Notes under the pieces: generated by a model | Database searches by the model: none | Seen by the model: only the letters and a program-made list of their open reading frames with translations | Told to the model about the DNA's origin: nothing | Shown: one piece after another, positions 10,351-19,742 of the stretch | Position numbering within the stretch: the first letter of the stretch is position 1 | Layout: each line of letters opens with the position of its first letter | DNA from: Ostreococcus lucimarinus | Lineage: Eukaryota | Assembly: GCA_000092065.1 (NCBI GenBank) | Contig: CP000591.1 | DNA: 64,000 nt | Reading direction: 5' to 3' (one strand) | Position numbers and translations under genes: made by a program

Positions 10351-11688
10351 ATGCGCACGTCACAGGACTTGGCTCTTTTAGAACCATTTGTTCCGAAGGC
10401 GGCGAAATGGCTCTCGTCGCACGCAGCTGATGGATGTCTCTCCATTTCACGCCGCCGCGGGAGAGCCGCCTTGCTCTTTGTGGATATGAATGACTTTGTA
10501 AAAGTTAGTAATGGTGCGGTTCGCGAGCACGCATTGGCTGCCGCATCTTTCAACCACATTCGCCCGTCTATATACGGTAAACGGCGCAACCTCGAGGCCT
10601 CCGCTCGATGTGCAGCGTGCTTACGAGACGTGCTCGCTGAATACTTTTCTATACTCGCAGACATCGTGAGCGCGTACGACGGCGAGGTGTTGGCATTCAT
10701 AGGGGACGCCATGCTTGCTGCGTGGTTCGTACGCGGCGACATGGATGACGATGAAGAGATGCGGTGCGCCACAAAACGGGCTCGGCTCTGCGCGCAGGGC
10801 ATTCTCACGAATGTTCACGGGCGTGCCTTGAAAGAAATTGTCACCATCACGCTGAAAGCGATGATCTCTGCAGGCCCAGTCGTCGCCATTCCCACCAAGT
10901 TTCCCAATCATGCACGCGGTGTGGTGGTAATCGGTGACGCGTTTGATGACTTAAGAGCGATGAAGGGATTAATGCAATCGGGGAAGGTCGTTTTCAATGC
11001 GTTAAGTTGCGCACTCCTCGCATCGGGTGGAAACAGAGACACGGCGAGCGCAACGACATCGATTTTCACGACACTGCCACGCGCGCGTGTCAAGGAATTC
11101 ATCCCGTCGCACGTTTTCAACGCATTTGCAGATGGTTTGATCGGGTTCGACGATAAAACACCTTCCTTGAGCGAGGTGTGTACCGTCGCCTTTGTGCGAT
11201 TCAATCCCAAAGGAGACGACTGTGTAGTCGAATGCATCGGCGTCGTGCATCGCGTGGTTTCGCAATATCAGGGCGTTGTTTTGCAAAGTATCGTAGATGA
11301 CAACGGGCCTTCGTGCTTGTGCGCGTTCGGCGTTCCCGGAACCCCCAAGCGCGGCGCGACGACGAGAGGATTGCGATTCGCGCGAGATCTCTTGAAAACA
11401 CTAGACGGTGCGCTGACGCACGCGCGGTGTGGGTTGTCCACAGGCGTCGTGAACATAGGTGCCGCGTGTGAGGTGAACTCTAAGTCGCATTCCGAGTTCT
11501 CGCTCGTCGGTGTCCCAGTGATACTGGCCGCCCGACTAGCTGATGCGGTGAAACCTGGCGTCGCGGCGATGGATGAAGAGACGCGTGTTTGGGCGGCTTC
11601 AGCGCTCAACAATAATGCGCGTACGTCTCGCATTGAATTATGTTTAAAAGGTTTCCCGCGAGCGATGACAACGTTTATCATAGAGTAG
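10351..11688 (+). CDS. Soluble nucleotide cyclase with two class-III cyclase homology domains (adenylate/guanylate cyclase family)
   Basis: 445 aa. Two repeats of the CHD pattern: ALLFVDMNDF...YDGEVLAFIGDAMLAAW and CTVAFVRFNP...YQGVVLQSIVDDNGPSCLCAFGVPG. No TM segments. Confidence 0.7.
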   Translation: MRTSQDLALLEPFVPKAAKWLSSHAADGCLSISRRRGRAALLFVDMNDFVKVSNGAVREHALAAASFNHIRPSIYGKRRNLEASARCAACLRDVLAEYFSILADIVSAYDGEVLAFIGDAMLAAWFVRGDMDDDEEMRCATKRARLCAQGILTNVHGRALKEIVTITLKAMISAGPVVAIPTKFPNHARGVVVIGDAFDDLRAMKGLMQSGKVVFNALSCALLASGGNRDTASATTSIFTTLPRARVKEFIPSHVFNAFADGLIGFDDKTPSLSEVCTVAFVRFNPKGDDCVVECIGVVHRVVSQYQGVVLQSIVDDNGPSCLCAFGVPGTPKRGATTRGLRFARDLLKTLDGALTHARCGLSTGVVNIGAACEVNSKSHSEFSLVGVPVILAARLADAVKPGVAAMDEETRVWAASALNNNARTSRIELCLKGFPRAMTTFIIE

Positions 11689-11708
11689 CTGCAACTAACT
11701 GATTCTTT

Positions 11709-13987
11709 CTATTCAATATCACCAAGTCCTGTCCTAGTTCTGTCGTCTTCGTCTCTTGATTGTGCGGCGCACCGCGTGTCGGCGAGCGCCTTGGGTAATT
11801 TGTAAGCCCACTCACACGAGCATGTTATTGGATCTTTCAATACCTCTGTCACGACGCCTCGAGTGGCGAGACGAGATTGCTCTCCCTCCGCGATGCCGCA
11901 GTGCCGCTCCACAACTCGCGGCTCGTACTCTTTTCCATCCTTTCCCCCGCCGCTGCGAGGTCGACCTTGCTTGTCGTACGCTTCGTTGAAGCAGAAGTAC
12001 TGGTCGTGGTTGAGCGCGTTGTTGATCGCCGTATCAAATGCCTCGTCCTTTTGTTTATCATCGAAACCGCAAAATGAGCCTTCATCGAGTTGGTCGATCA
12101 TGATGACGCCGTGATCGTTATACGATTCCAGCGCCTCGACGGCGTCACTCGCTGAGAAACCGCGCTCGATGACGACATCAGCCATGTTTTTGTCGTCTTT
12201 CGCGCCAATTTTAACGTGAATGACATCTTCTCGAACGTTCCCTTTAAGTCGCATGTCTTCGAGGAACCCTGCTTCGCGAAAATCAACGCCCAAGTCATGC
12301 AAGCCTTCGAGGTTGTAGATGTGATCCATCGGGCACGCGTACGGCAAATGCGCCGTCTCGGCGCCGAGCGCGCGACATCCGGCGAGCGTGTTCCATATTT
12401 TATCGCAGTAACATCGCGCGGGTGGTAGCACAAAGATTCGTCCGAGCGCTTTCGCCAGGGCGAAGCCGTTTCGAATCGTCGTTCTTCGCAATCTGTCCTC
12501 TTCAAAGTGTCGCGTGATGGCGGTTAAATACGCATCGTTTTCCATGCCGATGGCCCGAGAACCATTGAACTTCATCTGCGACCCTTTGGTGGAGATGGTC
12601 AAGTACTTCTTTGGCTTCCAATAATCTGTGTCATCGTCTGCATACCATAAACCATGCTGTCGCAGTCTTTGACGCTTGCCGTACGCGTACCGCGCAGAAT
12701 CGCCGTATTGGTACGTCGTGTGCACCGCGTACGGCTCACCGTCCTCGGGGTGGTACAAGTGGTGCTCTTGCACGAAGAAAGTATGACCGTTGGAGAATTG
12801 CGCGATGGGCAAAACGCCCATGCGAATCGTGCTGTTTGCTGCGAAGACGATCGAGCGATACCCCGGTAATCCGCGCTTGTCATCGGGAACCGCCACCGCG
12901 GGCGCGAGCGCGGGAGATCCTTCGCGCACGAGCAAATTCAGCGCCGGCTGGTCGCGCATCCACGCGATCTCGCTCGTCGCTACTTTTTGCTTCCACTTTT
13001 CCACGAACGCCTTCGCCGGCTCCGTGGGCCGAATGTGCACGATGCCCGTGTTAAAGTTGACGTTGCGACAGTTGGCGTTGTCGGCGCGATCGTTCACGGT
13101 GTCGATGCAATCGCTCGATATCAGCACGTCCGCGTATGCGTAAGTGCCGTTGTTGAATAGCTCGCGCGGATCGCGCATCCAAACCACGTCCGCGTCGCTC
13201 AGAATCGGCGCTATCCCAAGCTCGAGCAAATCTTGAATAAACTTCGTCTTCACCGTGCCCATCTTTTTAAACGTCTTGCTCTTTTGCGTGATGAACTCTT
13301 GATCCCTATTATCCAACACTGACCGCCCCGTGAGCAGCATGGATGGTATCCCAGCCTTAACACATAGTGTGTGCATCTCTTCGTCTAAAGCGCCGACGAA
13401 TATCGGCTCTAAACTCAACTTTTTCGCCGCCGCCGCCCAATTGAAGACGAAATCCTGCACGCTCGCCGTGCCAAACGTCACGAACATCTCCCCCCCAGCC
13501 TTAGCGCCGACCCGCCGCAACTCCTCCGGCACGTGTTCCATCTTCTTTCCAAGCTCCATTTTCGCCGCATCATCGAGCGCATCCGCGGAAACGTCCTTCC
13601 ACGCCTGTCGCATCCACTTCGGCTCGTCGTCGTCGATCGCCAGCCCCGCGAACGTCGTCGCCGGCGGTTCCAACAGCGCGAAATCCATCCCCCGATCCCT
13701 CGGCCTCGATCCCGTCGACGCCGCGTCATCGCGTCGGTTCAATTCCACCCGTCCTTTTTCTCCCTCGTCCGTCGTCGTCGTCGTCGTCGTCGCCGACGCG
13801 AACCGATTTCTCCGCGTCGCCGACGCGTTCGCGTTCGCGTTCGCGTTCGCGTTCGCCGCCGCGTTCGCGTTCGCGTCCGCGTCCACCGCCGCCTCCACGG
13901 CCGCGTCGCTCCGCGCGCGCGCCGTCGCGTCGTACATCGACGCCGACGCGTCGTCGCCCGCCCTCCGCGCCGTCGCGTCGTCGATCG

Positions 13988-14021
<34 letters not shown>

Positions 14022-14177
14022 CGCCATCGCGCGCGCGTTCGCCTCGCGCGCCGTCGTCGCGGCGTCCGCGATCGCGCCGTCGCGCGCGCCGCCGCGCGCG
14101 CCCTCGCGCATCACCATCGCGCACGCCGCGACGACGGCGACGCACGCGAGGCGGCGCGCGAGGCGGCCGCGACGCAT
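11709..14177 (-). CDS. Type-II membrane nucleotide-diphospho-sugar transferase (GT77-like 'Nucleotid_trans' domain) with low-complexity stem region
   Basis: ORF extends to 14963, but the plausible start is MRRGRLARRLACVAVVAACAMVM (signal anchor; ATG reverse-complement 14175-14177, in frame). The stem carries (GD)n, (AN)n and T-rich tracts. Catalytic region motifs ...DADVVWMRDP... and FNTGIVHIRPT resemble plant RRA/XEG113-type arabinosyltransferases. Cys-rich C-terminal extension. Confidence 0.65.
13825..14030. repeat. Hexanucleotide microsatellites (GCGTTC)n and (GTCGCC)n inside the transferase stem region
   Basis: gcgttcgcgttcgcgttcgcgttcgc at 13826-13875 and gtcgccgtcgccgtcgccgtcgccgtcgcc at ~13990-14020. 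On the minus strand these encode the ANANAN.. and GDGDGD.. tracts. Confidence 0.8.
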
Positions 14178-14603
14178 CGCGTCGCCTCGCGTCCCGCACT
14201 GACGCGCGCGGCACCGACGCGCCTCGCGTCGACGAGCGAGCGAGCGATGGACGCGGTGCGCGACGCGACGCGACGCGACGCGAGACGCGAGACGCGCGCG
14301 CGAGGCGACGCGACGCGCGCGACGAGAGAGGGCGACGCGCGCGCGAGGCGATGATGATTCGACGCCAACCGACGACGATCGGATCGGCGCGAGAACGGAC
14401 GCGCGAAGACGCGCGGCGCGAGGACGGACGCGCGCGACGACGCGACCGTGGACGCGCGAACGATCGACGCGCGCGGACGCGACGCGCGGCGACGGAGAAG
14501 AGGAAACGAAGACGATGAGACGATTGGAGCGATTGTTTGACTGACGGCGACGACGGCGCGGCGACGACGATTCGAATAGGCGATCGAAAAATGGTGCGCC
14601 GAG

Positions 14604-15338
14604 ATGGGCACGACGCCCGAAAAGGTGGTGACGATGTACTTGGATGAAAAGTTTAAGTCGGCGACGGTCGAGGGGGAACTTTTGGCCAAGTGTGAAAACT
14701 TGAAGACGCTGTCGTGCGCGTCGTGCGGGTTGACGACGCTCGCGGGGTTCCCGGCGCTGGCGAATTTGAAGGATTTGAGTTTGAACGATAATCGCATCGC
14801 GGATGGGTTGGAAGCCTTGGTGGGGTGCAAGGCGCTCTCGTCGTTGTCGCTGGCGAATAATAAGCTGGCGAACGTGGACGATTTGAAAGCCGTGGCGGAG
14901 GAGTTGACGCTGTCGGTGCTCGAGTTGGAGGCGAATCCGTTGACGGAGAACGAAGACTATCACGAAAAGGTCATGACCATGATGCCCACGCTTAACGTGT
15001 TGGACGGAAGGGACGAGTTCGGGAATGAGATCGAAGACGACGACGAAGACGACGACGAAGACGAAGACGACGAAGACGACGAAGACGAAGACGAAGACGA
15101 CGATGAAGACGACGAAGACGCAGACGAAGACGAAGACGAAGACGAGTCCGAGGAAGAGGAAGAGGAAGAGGAAGAGGAGATGGGCTTAGCCGATCTCTAC
15201 GGCGACAAGCCGCTCGAAGACGACGACGACGACGACGACGCTTTCGTCGAAGACGAAGATCCCGAGAGCGAAGACATCGACGAAGAGGAGTCGGACGACG
15301 ACGAAGACGAAGCGGCGGCGAAAAAGCCCAAAATATAA
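14604..15338 (+). CDS. ANP32: Acidic leucine-rich nuclear phosphoprotein 32 (ANP32/LANP) family protein: LRR + LRRcap + poly-acidic tail
   Basis: N-terminal LRRs (LKTLSCASCGLTTLAGFPALANLKDLSLNDNRI..., LSSLSLANNKL) and the LRRcap motif ELEANPLTENEDYHEKVMTMMPTLNVLDG. These are followed by ~100 residues of D/E (GAC/GAA repeats at 15040-15310) and a KKPKI basic C-terminus. Confidence 0.8.
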   Translation: MGTTPEKVVTMYLDEKFKSATVEGELLAKCENLKTLSCASCGLTTLAGFPALANLKDLSLNDNRIADGLEALVGCKALSSLSLANNKLANVDDLKAVAEELTLSVLELEANPLTENEDYHEKVMTMMPTLNVLDGRDEFGNEIEDDDEDDDEDEDDEDDEDEDEDDDEDDEDADEDEDEDESEEEEEEEEEEMGLADLYGDKPLEDDDDDDDAFVEDEDPESEDIDEEESDDDEDEAAAKKPKI

Positions 15339-15561
15339 CCGCGCGTCGCGACGCCGCGCGCGTCGAGATCTCGCCATCGCCGAAGGACCACGACGCGTAG
15401 TTTTGTTTGTTTAATTTACCACGCACGACTAGCAAATCACGCGCGTCCCCCGTTCGATCGAACTCGAAGATAAAGTTTGACTTTAGTGTTACAAGCATTC
15501 TTTCGTCCATCGTCTCGCGTTCGTCGCAAACCTCCCGAAGCGACGATCGCTCGCGCCGTTC

Positions 15562-15900
15562 CTACACCATGTTATCGCCGTCTCTCGTGGTGCCGTACGA
15601 CGTCCCACGCAGCAAGCTCTGCGTCTCGCTCGCGCCGCTCGCCCGTAACCGCCTCGTCACCGCGTAGCTCGCCATCGCCGCGATCGCCACGCCGATCCCC
15701 GCGATCAGCGCCACGGGCGCCGTGATCGTGTACGTCCCCACCGCGATCGTGTACGACCCGAGCGACCCGAGCGTTTCGCCGATCGCCGTGCCCGCCGCGC
15801 CGAGCGACGCCGTCGCGCCCGCCGACGCCGACGCCCCCGCCGCGCCGCCCGTCAGCGTCATCGTCTCCGCCACCGCCGCCGTCGTGAGCAGGCCGCCCAT
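15562..15900 (-). CDS. Candidate small (112 aa) glycine-zipper / Gly-Ala-rich two-TM membrane protein (Mic10- or OEP-like); not in any obvious family by eye
   Basis: MGGLLTTAAVAETMTLTGGAAGASASAGATASLGAAGTAIGETLGSLGSYTIAVGTYTITAPVALIAGIGVAIAAMASYAVTRRLRASG.. Reasonable composition, GxxxG-like spacing, charged C-tail. ATG reverse-complement at 15898-15900. The region has no other annotated gene. Confidence 0.4.
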   Translation of the reverse strand: MGGLLTTAAVAETMTLTGGAAGASASAGATASLGAAGTAIGETLGSLGSYTIAVGTYTITAPVALIAGIGVAIAAMASYAVTRRLRASGASETQSLLRGTSYGTTRDGDNMV

Positions 15901-15964
15901 GAGCGATTTCGCGCGCGCGCGCGATTTCGCGCGTCGCGAGATCGCGCCGTCGTCGCGCGCGCGC

Positions 15965-16225
15965 CGGCGCGCGCGCGATCGAATCGGCGCGATCGCGCGC
16001 GCGCGATCGATCGATCGCGCGACGCTCGACGCGACCCTCGACGCGAGGTTCGCGATCGACGCGCGATCGACGCCGCGAGGTTCGACCGACGCGCGCGCGA
16101 TCGAATCGGCGCGATCGCGCGCGCGCGATCGATCGATCGCGCGACGCTCGACGCGACCCTCGACGCGAGGTTCGCGATCGACGCGCGATCGACGCCGCGA
16201 GGTTCGACCGACGCGCGCGCGATCG
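15965..16225. repeat. Tandem direct duplication, period 122 bp, ~2.1 copies, in GC-rich intergenic/leader region
   Basis: gatcgaatcggcgcgatcgcgcgcgcgcgatcgatcgatcgcgcgacgctcgacgcgaccctcgacgcgaggttcgcgatcgacgcgcgatcgacgccgcgaggttcgaccgacgcgcgcgc occurs at 15977-16098 and again, identical, at 16099-16220. A third copy starts and then diverges. Confidence 0.85.
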
Positions 16226-16313
16226 ATCGATCGCCGTCGCGATCGCGCGGCGACGCGTCGGCGCGACCGTCGCGCGAGACGACGACGCGCGCGGCGTCGA
16301 CGCGACGCGCGCG

Positions 16314-16382
16314 ATGGCGACGATCGCGCGGCGGGTCGCGCGCGCGGCGTGGACGCGCGGCGCGCGGTTCGCGACGGCGACG

Positions 16383-16418
<36 letters not shown>

Positions 16419-17396
16419 GCGCGCGCGATCGCGACGACGGCGGAGGCGGCGCGCGGGACGACGGCGCGGTGGACGCTCGATCGAGGCGCGCGGTGGAGGA
16501 CGCTCGCGAGCGATGCGTCGACGCGGGCGGCGACGGTCGGGGGCGGAGAGGGCGGGACGAGGGCGCGCGAGGCGGACGCGACGGCGGACGGGCGGGACGA
16601 CGACGACGACGCGCGCGCGAGGGTCGACGCGGGGGTCATGCGCGTGCGCTGGACGATCGCGGAGGGACAGGGGCGGGGGGAGGACGCGGTGGTGCCGGTG
16701 TACTCGTTCGACGGCGAAGCGCGAGGATCGGTGGAGCTTCCGGGGCGGATATTTGATCAGCCGTTGCGCGTGGACGTCGCGCACCGCGTGGTGCGGTGGC
16801 AACGCGCCAAGGCGAGGAAGGGTTTGCACAAGACGAAGTCGCGCGGGGAGGTCGCGGGGTCGACGCGGAAGGTGAGACCGCAAAAAGGGTCGGGGCGCGC
16901 GCGCGTGGGGAACCTGAAGGCGCCGCAGATGCGAGGCGGGGGGACGGCGCACGGACCGGTGGTGCGGTCGCACGCGCACGCGCTGCCGAAAAAAGTGCGG
17001 CGAATGGGGCTCAAGGTGGCGCTCAGCGCCAAGGCGGCGGAGGGGAAGCTCATCGTTGTCGATTCATTCGCTGGGATGGAGCCGAAAACGCGCGCGATGA
17101 AGGCGACGCTCGAGCGGTTGACGGGCGACCTCGGCTTGGCCGCCGGCGGCGAGTTTCACTCGACGCTCATCATCGACGGCGAATTCGAGGAAATGGCGGA
17201 GAGCGTCGTGGACGCCGAGGACCAGTTCGGGCCGAGCGAGCTCGTGCGCATGAGCGCTCGAAATTTGCCGCACGTGGAGGTGCTGCCGCAAATCGGCGCC
17301 AACGTGTATAGCATTTTGCGTCGCCGGACGCTCATCGTCACCAAAAGCGGGCTCGAGCAGCTCATCGCGCGATTAGACGCGCCGATCAAGCGATGA
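16314..17396 (+). CDS. RPL4: Organellar (mitochondrial or plastid) ribosomal protein uL4 with long low-complexity presequence
   Basis: C-terminal ~230 aa carry the uL4 signature: ...KGSGRARVGNLKAPQMRGGGTAHGP..., LPKKVRRMGLKVALSAKAAEGKLIVVD. The N-terminal ~110 aa is Ala/Thr/Arg-rich and transit-peptide-like. The true start is uncertain. Confidence 0.8.
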
Positions 17397-17459
17397 ATAG
17401 AGATGAATAGAGTTGTGTTGTGTTAATACGAGCGAACGACGTGATTAGCAAGAGTACGC

Positions 17460-18497
17460 CTACCAAGTCAAAATCATATCCTTCGTGTAGCCGAGCTCCT
17501 CGAGCGCCGGGAGCACGGCGAACTTCAACATCGGCGGTGGGCCGCAAATCAAAATTTGCGTGCGCTTCCCCGGCGGTGGCATCGTCTTTTCGATCATTTC
17601 TTTGGTGATGAAACCGCAGAAGTGCGACCAGCCGGCTTTGGGCGGGCGGTCGAGCGTGTAGTCGGCGCTAAACTTGTCGGCGCCGTATTTAGCGACGTCG
17701 GATTCAATCTCCTCGCGACACAAAATATCCGCCTCGGTTTGGTTCGCGAACAACAAATTCATCTTCACCTTGTCTCCGTTATCTAAAATAGCGCGCGAGA
17801 TTTGCAACATGGGCGTGATTCCGCTGCCGCCCGCGATCATGCCGACGCGCGAGCACTTGCGTTTTTCAAACCCGCCGCCCTGCGAACGCAACCGCCTGAT
17901 CGCGAAGACCCCACCGCCTTCGTACGTTTTCATCCCTTTCGGCCCATCGAAGTCGCACGAGTCACCGACGCGCAACCCATCGAGGTGTTGGCTCACCTTC
18001 CCCCCGAGCGGAAACTTTTCGCACGGCTTGTACGCCTTAATCACAAACGTCACCGAACCCTCTTGATCGTCCGTGCTCACCGGCGTGTACGGTCGCTCGT
18101 GCCGCTCGCCGCTCTTCGCGTCCACGTACGACAACCCGACGTGCTGTCCCACGGGCAAGCCCAAGACGTGCGACGGCGTCGGCAGCGCGAACGTCAGCCG
18201 CGCCGCGTCCGGCGAAATCTGTTCTCTTCGCGCCAACTTCAGCGCGACGCGCGACGTCCCGAGCGTCTTCGGCGACGCCGCCGTCCGCGCCTTCGCTCGA
18301 CGACGCGCGCTCCCCTCGCGCGTCGCGCGCAGCGCGAGATCGAGGACGACCAAGAGCGCGGCGACCGCGATCCCGAGCACGGTGACCGCGTTGACGAACT
18401 CGGGCGTGCCGAACTCTGGGAGCGTCAGCGCGCCCGTCTTCGCGTCGAACAGCGTCTTGGGCAGCGCGAACAGCTCGCGCGGCGCGGGCGCGGGCAT
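17460..18497 (-). CDS. CBR1: NADH-cytochrome b5 reductase (FAD/NAD-binding ferredoxin-reductase-type), N-terminal membrane anchor
   Basis: 345 aa. Anchor VTVLGIAVAALLVVL. FAD site RPYTPVS. NADH site GMIAGGSGITPMLQ and ICGPPPM. C-terminal ...MILTW typical of CBR. Confidence 0.85.
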   Translation of the reverse strand: MPAPAPRELFALPKTLFDAKTGALTLPEFGTPEFVNAVTVLGIAVAALLVVLDLALRATREGSARRRAKARTAASPKTLGTSRVALKLARREQISPDAARLTFALPTPSHVLGLPVGQHVGLSYVDAKSGERHERPYTPVSTDDQEGSVTFVIKAYKPCEKFPLGGKVSQHLDGLRVGDSCDFDGPKGMKTYEGGGVFAIRRLRSQGGGFEKRKCSRVGMIAGGSGITPMLQISRAILDNGDKVKMNLLFANQTEADILCREEIESDVAKYGADKFSADYTLDRPPKAGWSHFCGFITKEMIEKTMPPPGKRTQILICGPPPMLKFAVLPALEELGYTKDMILTW

Positions 18498-18691
18498 CGC
18501 GCGCGCAGCGCGACGAGCGTCGGCGCGTGACGCGACGGACGCGGACGCGATCGGCGCGACGCGATCGATCGATCGACGCGACGTCGAACCTCGGCCCGTA
18601 ACAAAAAAAACGCGCGCGCGGACGGGTGAGGGGGAGATGTTTATCGTGGTTTGCGTGTATCATGGGCGTTTGATACGCTTGAATATGTGAT

Positions 18692-18765
18692 GTTGGGTTG
18701 GTATAGTTGGTTATTACGTCCGCCTCACACGCGGAAGGTCAGGAGTTCGAACCTCCTACCCAATA
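18692..18765 (+). tRNA. trnV-CAC: tRNA-Val (anticodon CAC)
   Basis: Cloverleaf folds by hand. Acceptor GTTGGGT/ACCCAAT (G1:U72). D-arm GTAT-AGTTGGTTA-TTAC. Anticodon stem TCCGC/GCGGA with loop CTCACAC (U33, CAC at 18726-18728, A37). Variable loop AGGTC. T-arm AGGAG-TTCGAAC-CTCCT. Discriminator A. No encoded CCA, as expected for a nuclear gene. Very similar to human tRNA-Val-CAC. Confidence 0.85.
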
Positions 18766-18770
18766 CGCGC

Positions 18771-18783
18771 TTTTTTTGTTTTG
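18771..18783 (+). terminator. RNA polymerase III terminator (T-run) for the tRNA-Val gene
   Basis: TTTTTTTGTTTTG begins 5 nt after the tRNA 3' end. Confidence 0.75.
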
Positions 18784-18918
18784 AGAGTGGAAATACTTCT
18801 TTTCCACGCATAATACGTATTTCGTCGACCGTTCACGACTCGTCAGCCTCGAGGGACGCCACACGCGGACGCGCGACGACCGACGCGCGCGCGCCGCGCG
18901 CCGCGTCGCGGACGCGCG

Positions 18919-19695
18919 ATGCTCGCGGGCGCGCCCCGCGCGCGTCCGCGCGACGTCGGCGCGCGTCGACGACGCCCCGCGTCGCGCGGAAGCGTCGCGG
19001 CGCGGACGCGCGCCGCCGCCGCCTCGCGCGAGTGCAGGCACTACGTCAACCTGAAGAACGGCATCGAGGCGCTGCCGACGCTGCGCGACGACCTGGGCGT
19101 GCGCTCGTACGAGTTCGTTCGCATACAGAGCTCGCTGCTCGAGAACGGGGACTGCGAGAAGATGATCTTGGAGCTCGACGCGTCGCTGCTGCTCAACCTG
19201 GCGCTCGGGCGGTCGTGCTTCGTGTGGGACTTTGGATCGCGCGACGTCGTCAAGGGGCGAGGCAATCCGCGCGCGCTGTGGTACGGGGCGGAGTTCATTC
19301 GATACGCGCTGCGGAAGGAGTGGTTTCCCGAGGGCGTGGGGGACGCCGCGCGACGCGAAAACGTGCCGGTGGTGCGCGGGAAGCAAGTCGAGCGCGAGTG
19401 GGCGACGAAATTGACCATGTTCGGTCGCTCGGCGAAGCGCAAGATTCGGTATTACAGACAATTCATTCCGGACGACGTGCGCGACGTGCGATTGATCGGG
19501 GTGTACAGACCGACGACGCACGACGACGACGCCGAATACTATCGCGAGGTGCTGTTGCGACACGAGTTCGGTGACGGAGGGGACGTTCCGGACGTCGTGC
19601 GCGACGAGCGCGAGACGATCGAGGCGATCAAGAGGTTGTCGTACAATATATTTTTTGCCGGCGTGGAGGAGCCGGCGTGGTTGAACCAAAAGTAA
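18919..19695 (+). CDS. Hypothetical protein (258 aa; N-terminal Arg/Ala-rich presequence-like region); no family recognised
   Basis: ORF with protein-like composition after residue ~45: YEFVRIQSSLLENGDCEKMILELD..., RYYRQFIPDDVRDVRLIGVYRPT. Sits between the tRNA and POLH in a gene-dense context. Confidence 0.4.
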   Translation: MLAGAPRARPRDVGARRRRPASRGSVAARTRAAAASRECRHYVNLKNGIEALPTLRDDLGVRSYEFVRIQSSLLENGDCEKMILELDASLLLNLALGRSCFVWDFGSRDVVKGRGNPRALWYGAEFIRYALRKEWFPEGVGDAARRENVPVVRGKQVEREWATKLTMFGRSAKRKIRYYRQFIPDDVRDVRLIGVYRPTTHDDDAEYYREVLLRHEFGDGGDVPDVVRDERETIEAIKRLSYNIFFAGVEEPAWLNQK

Positions 19696-19742
19696 TAGTA
19701 GTCTACGCATGTCAACACAATCACAGAAACGCTCGCTCACCG

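Noticed and set aside
13330-14354. Plus-strand ORFs 13330-14202 and 13533-14354 (Arg-rich)
   Set aside because: Antisense to the GT77-like transferase stem region, which is made of hexanucleotide microsatellites.
15572-16979. Three mutually overlapping 340-370-aa ORFs (15572-16639 -, 15722-16756 +, 15858-16979 -)
   Set aside because: All are Arg/Ala/Asp homopolymer-like translations of the GC-rich repeat region. They overlap one another and the uL4 presequence. Only the short glycine-zipper ORF at 15562-15900 looks protein-like.
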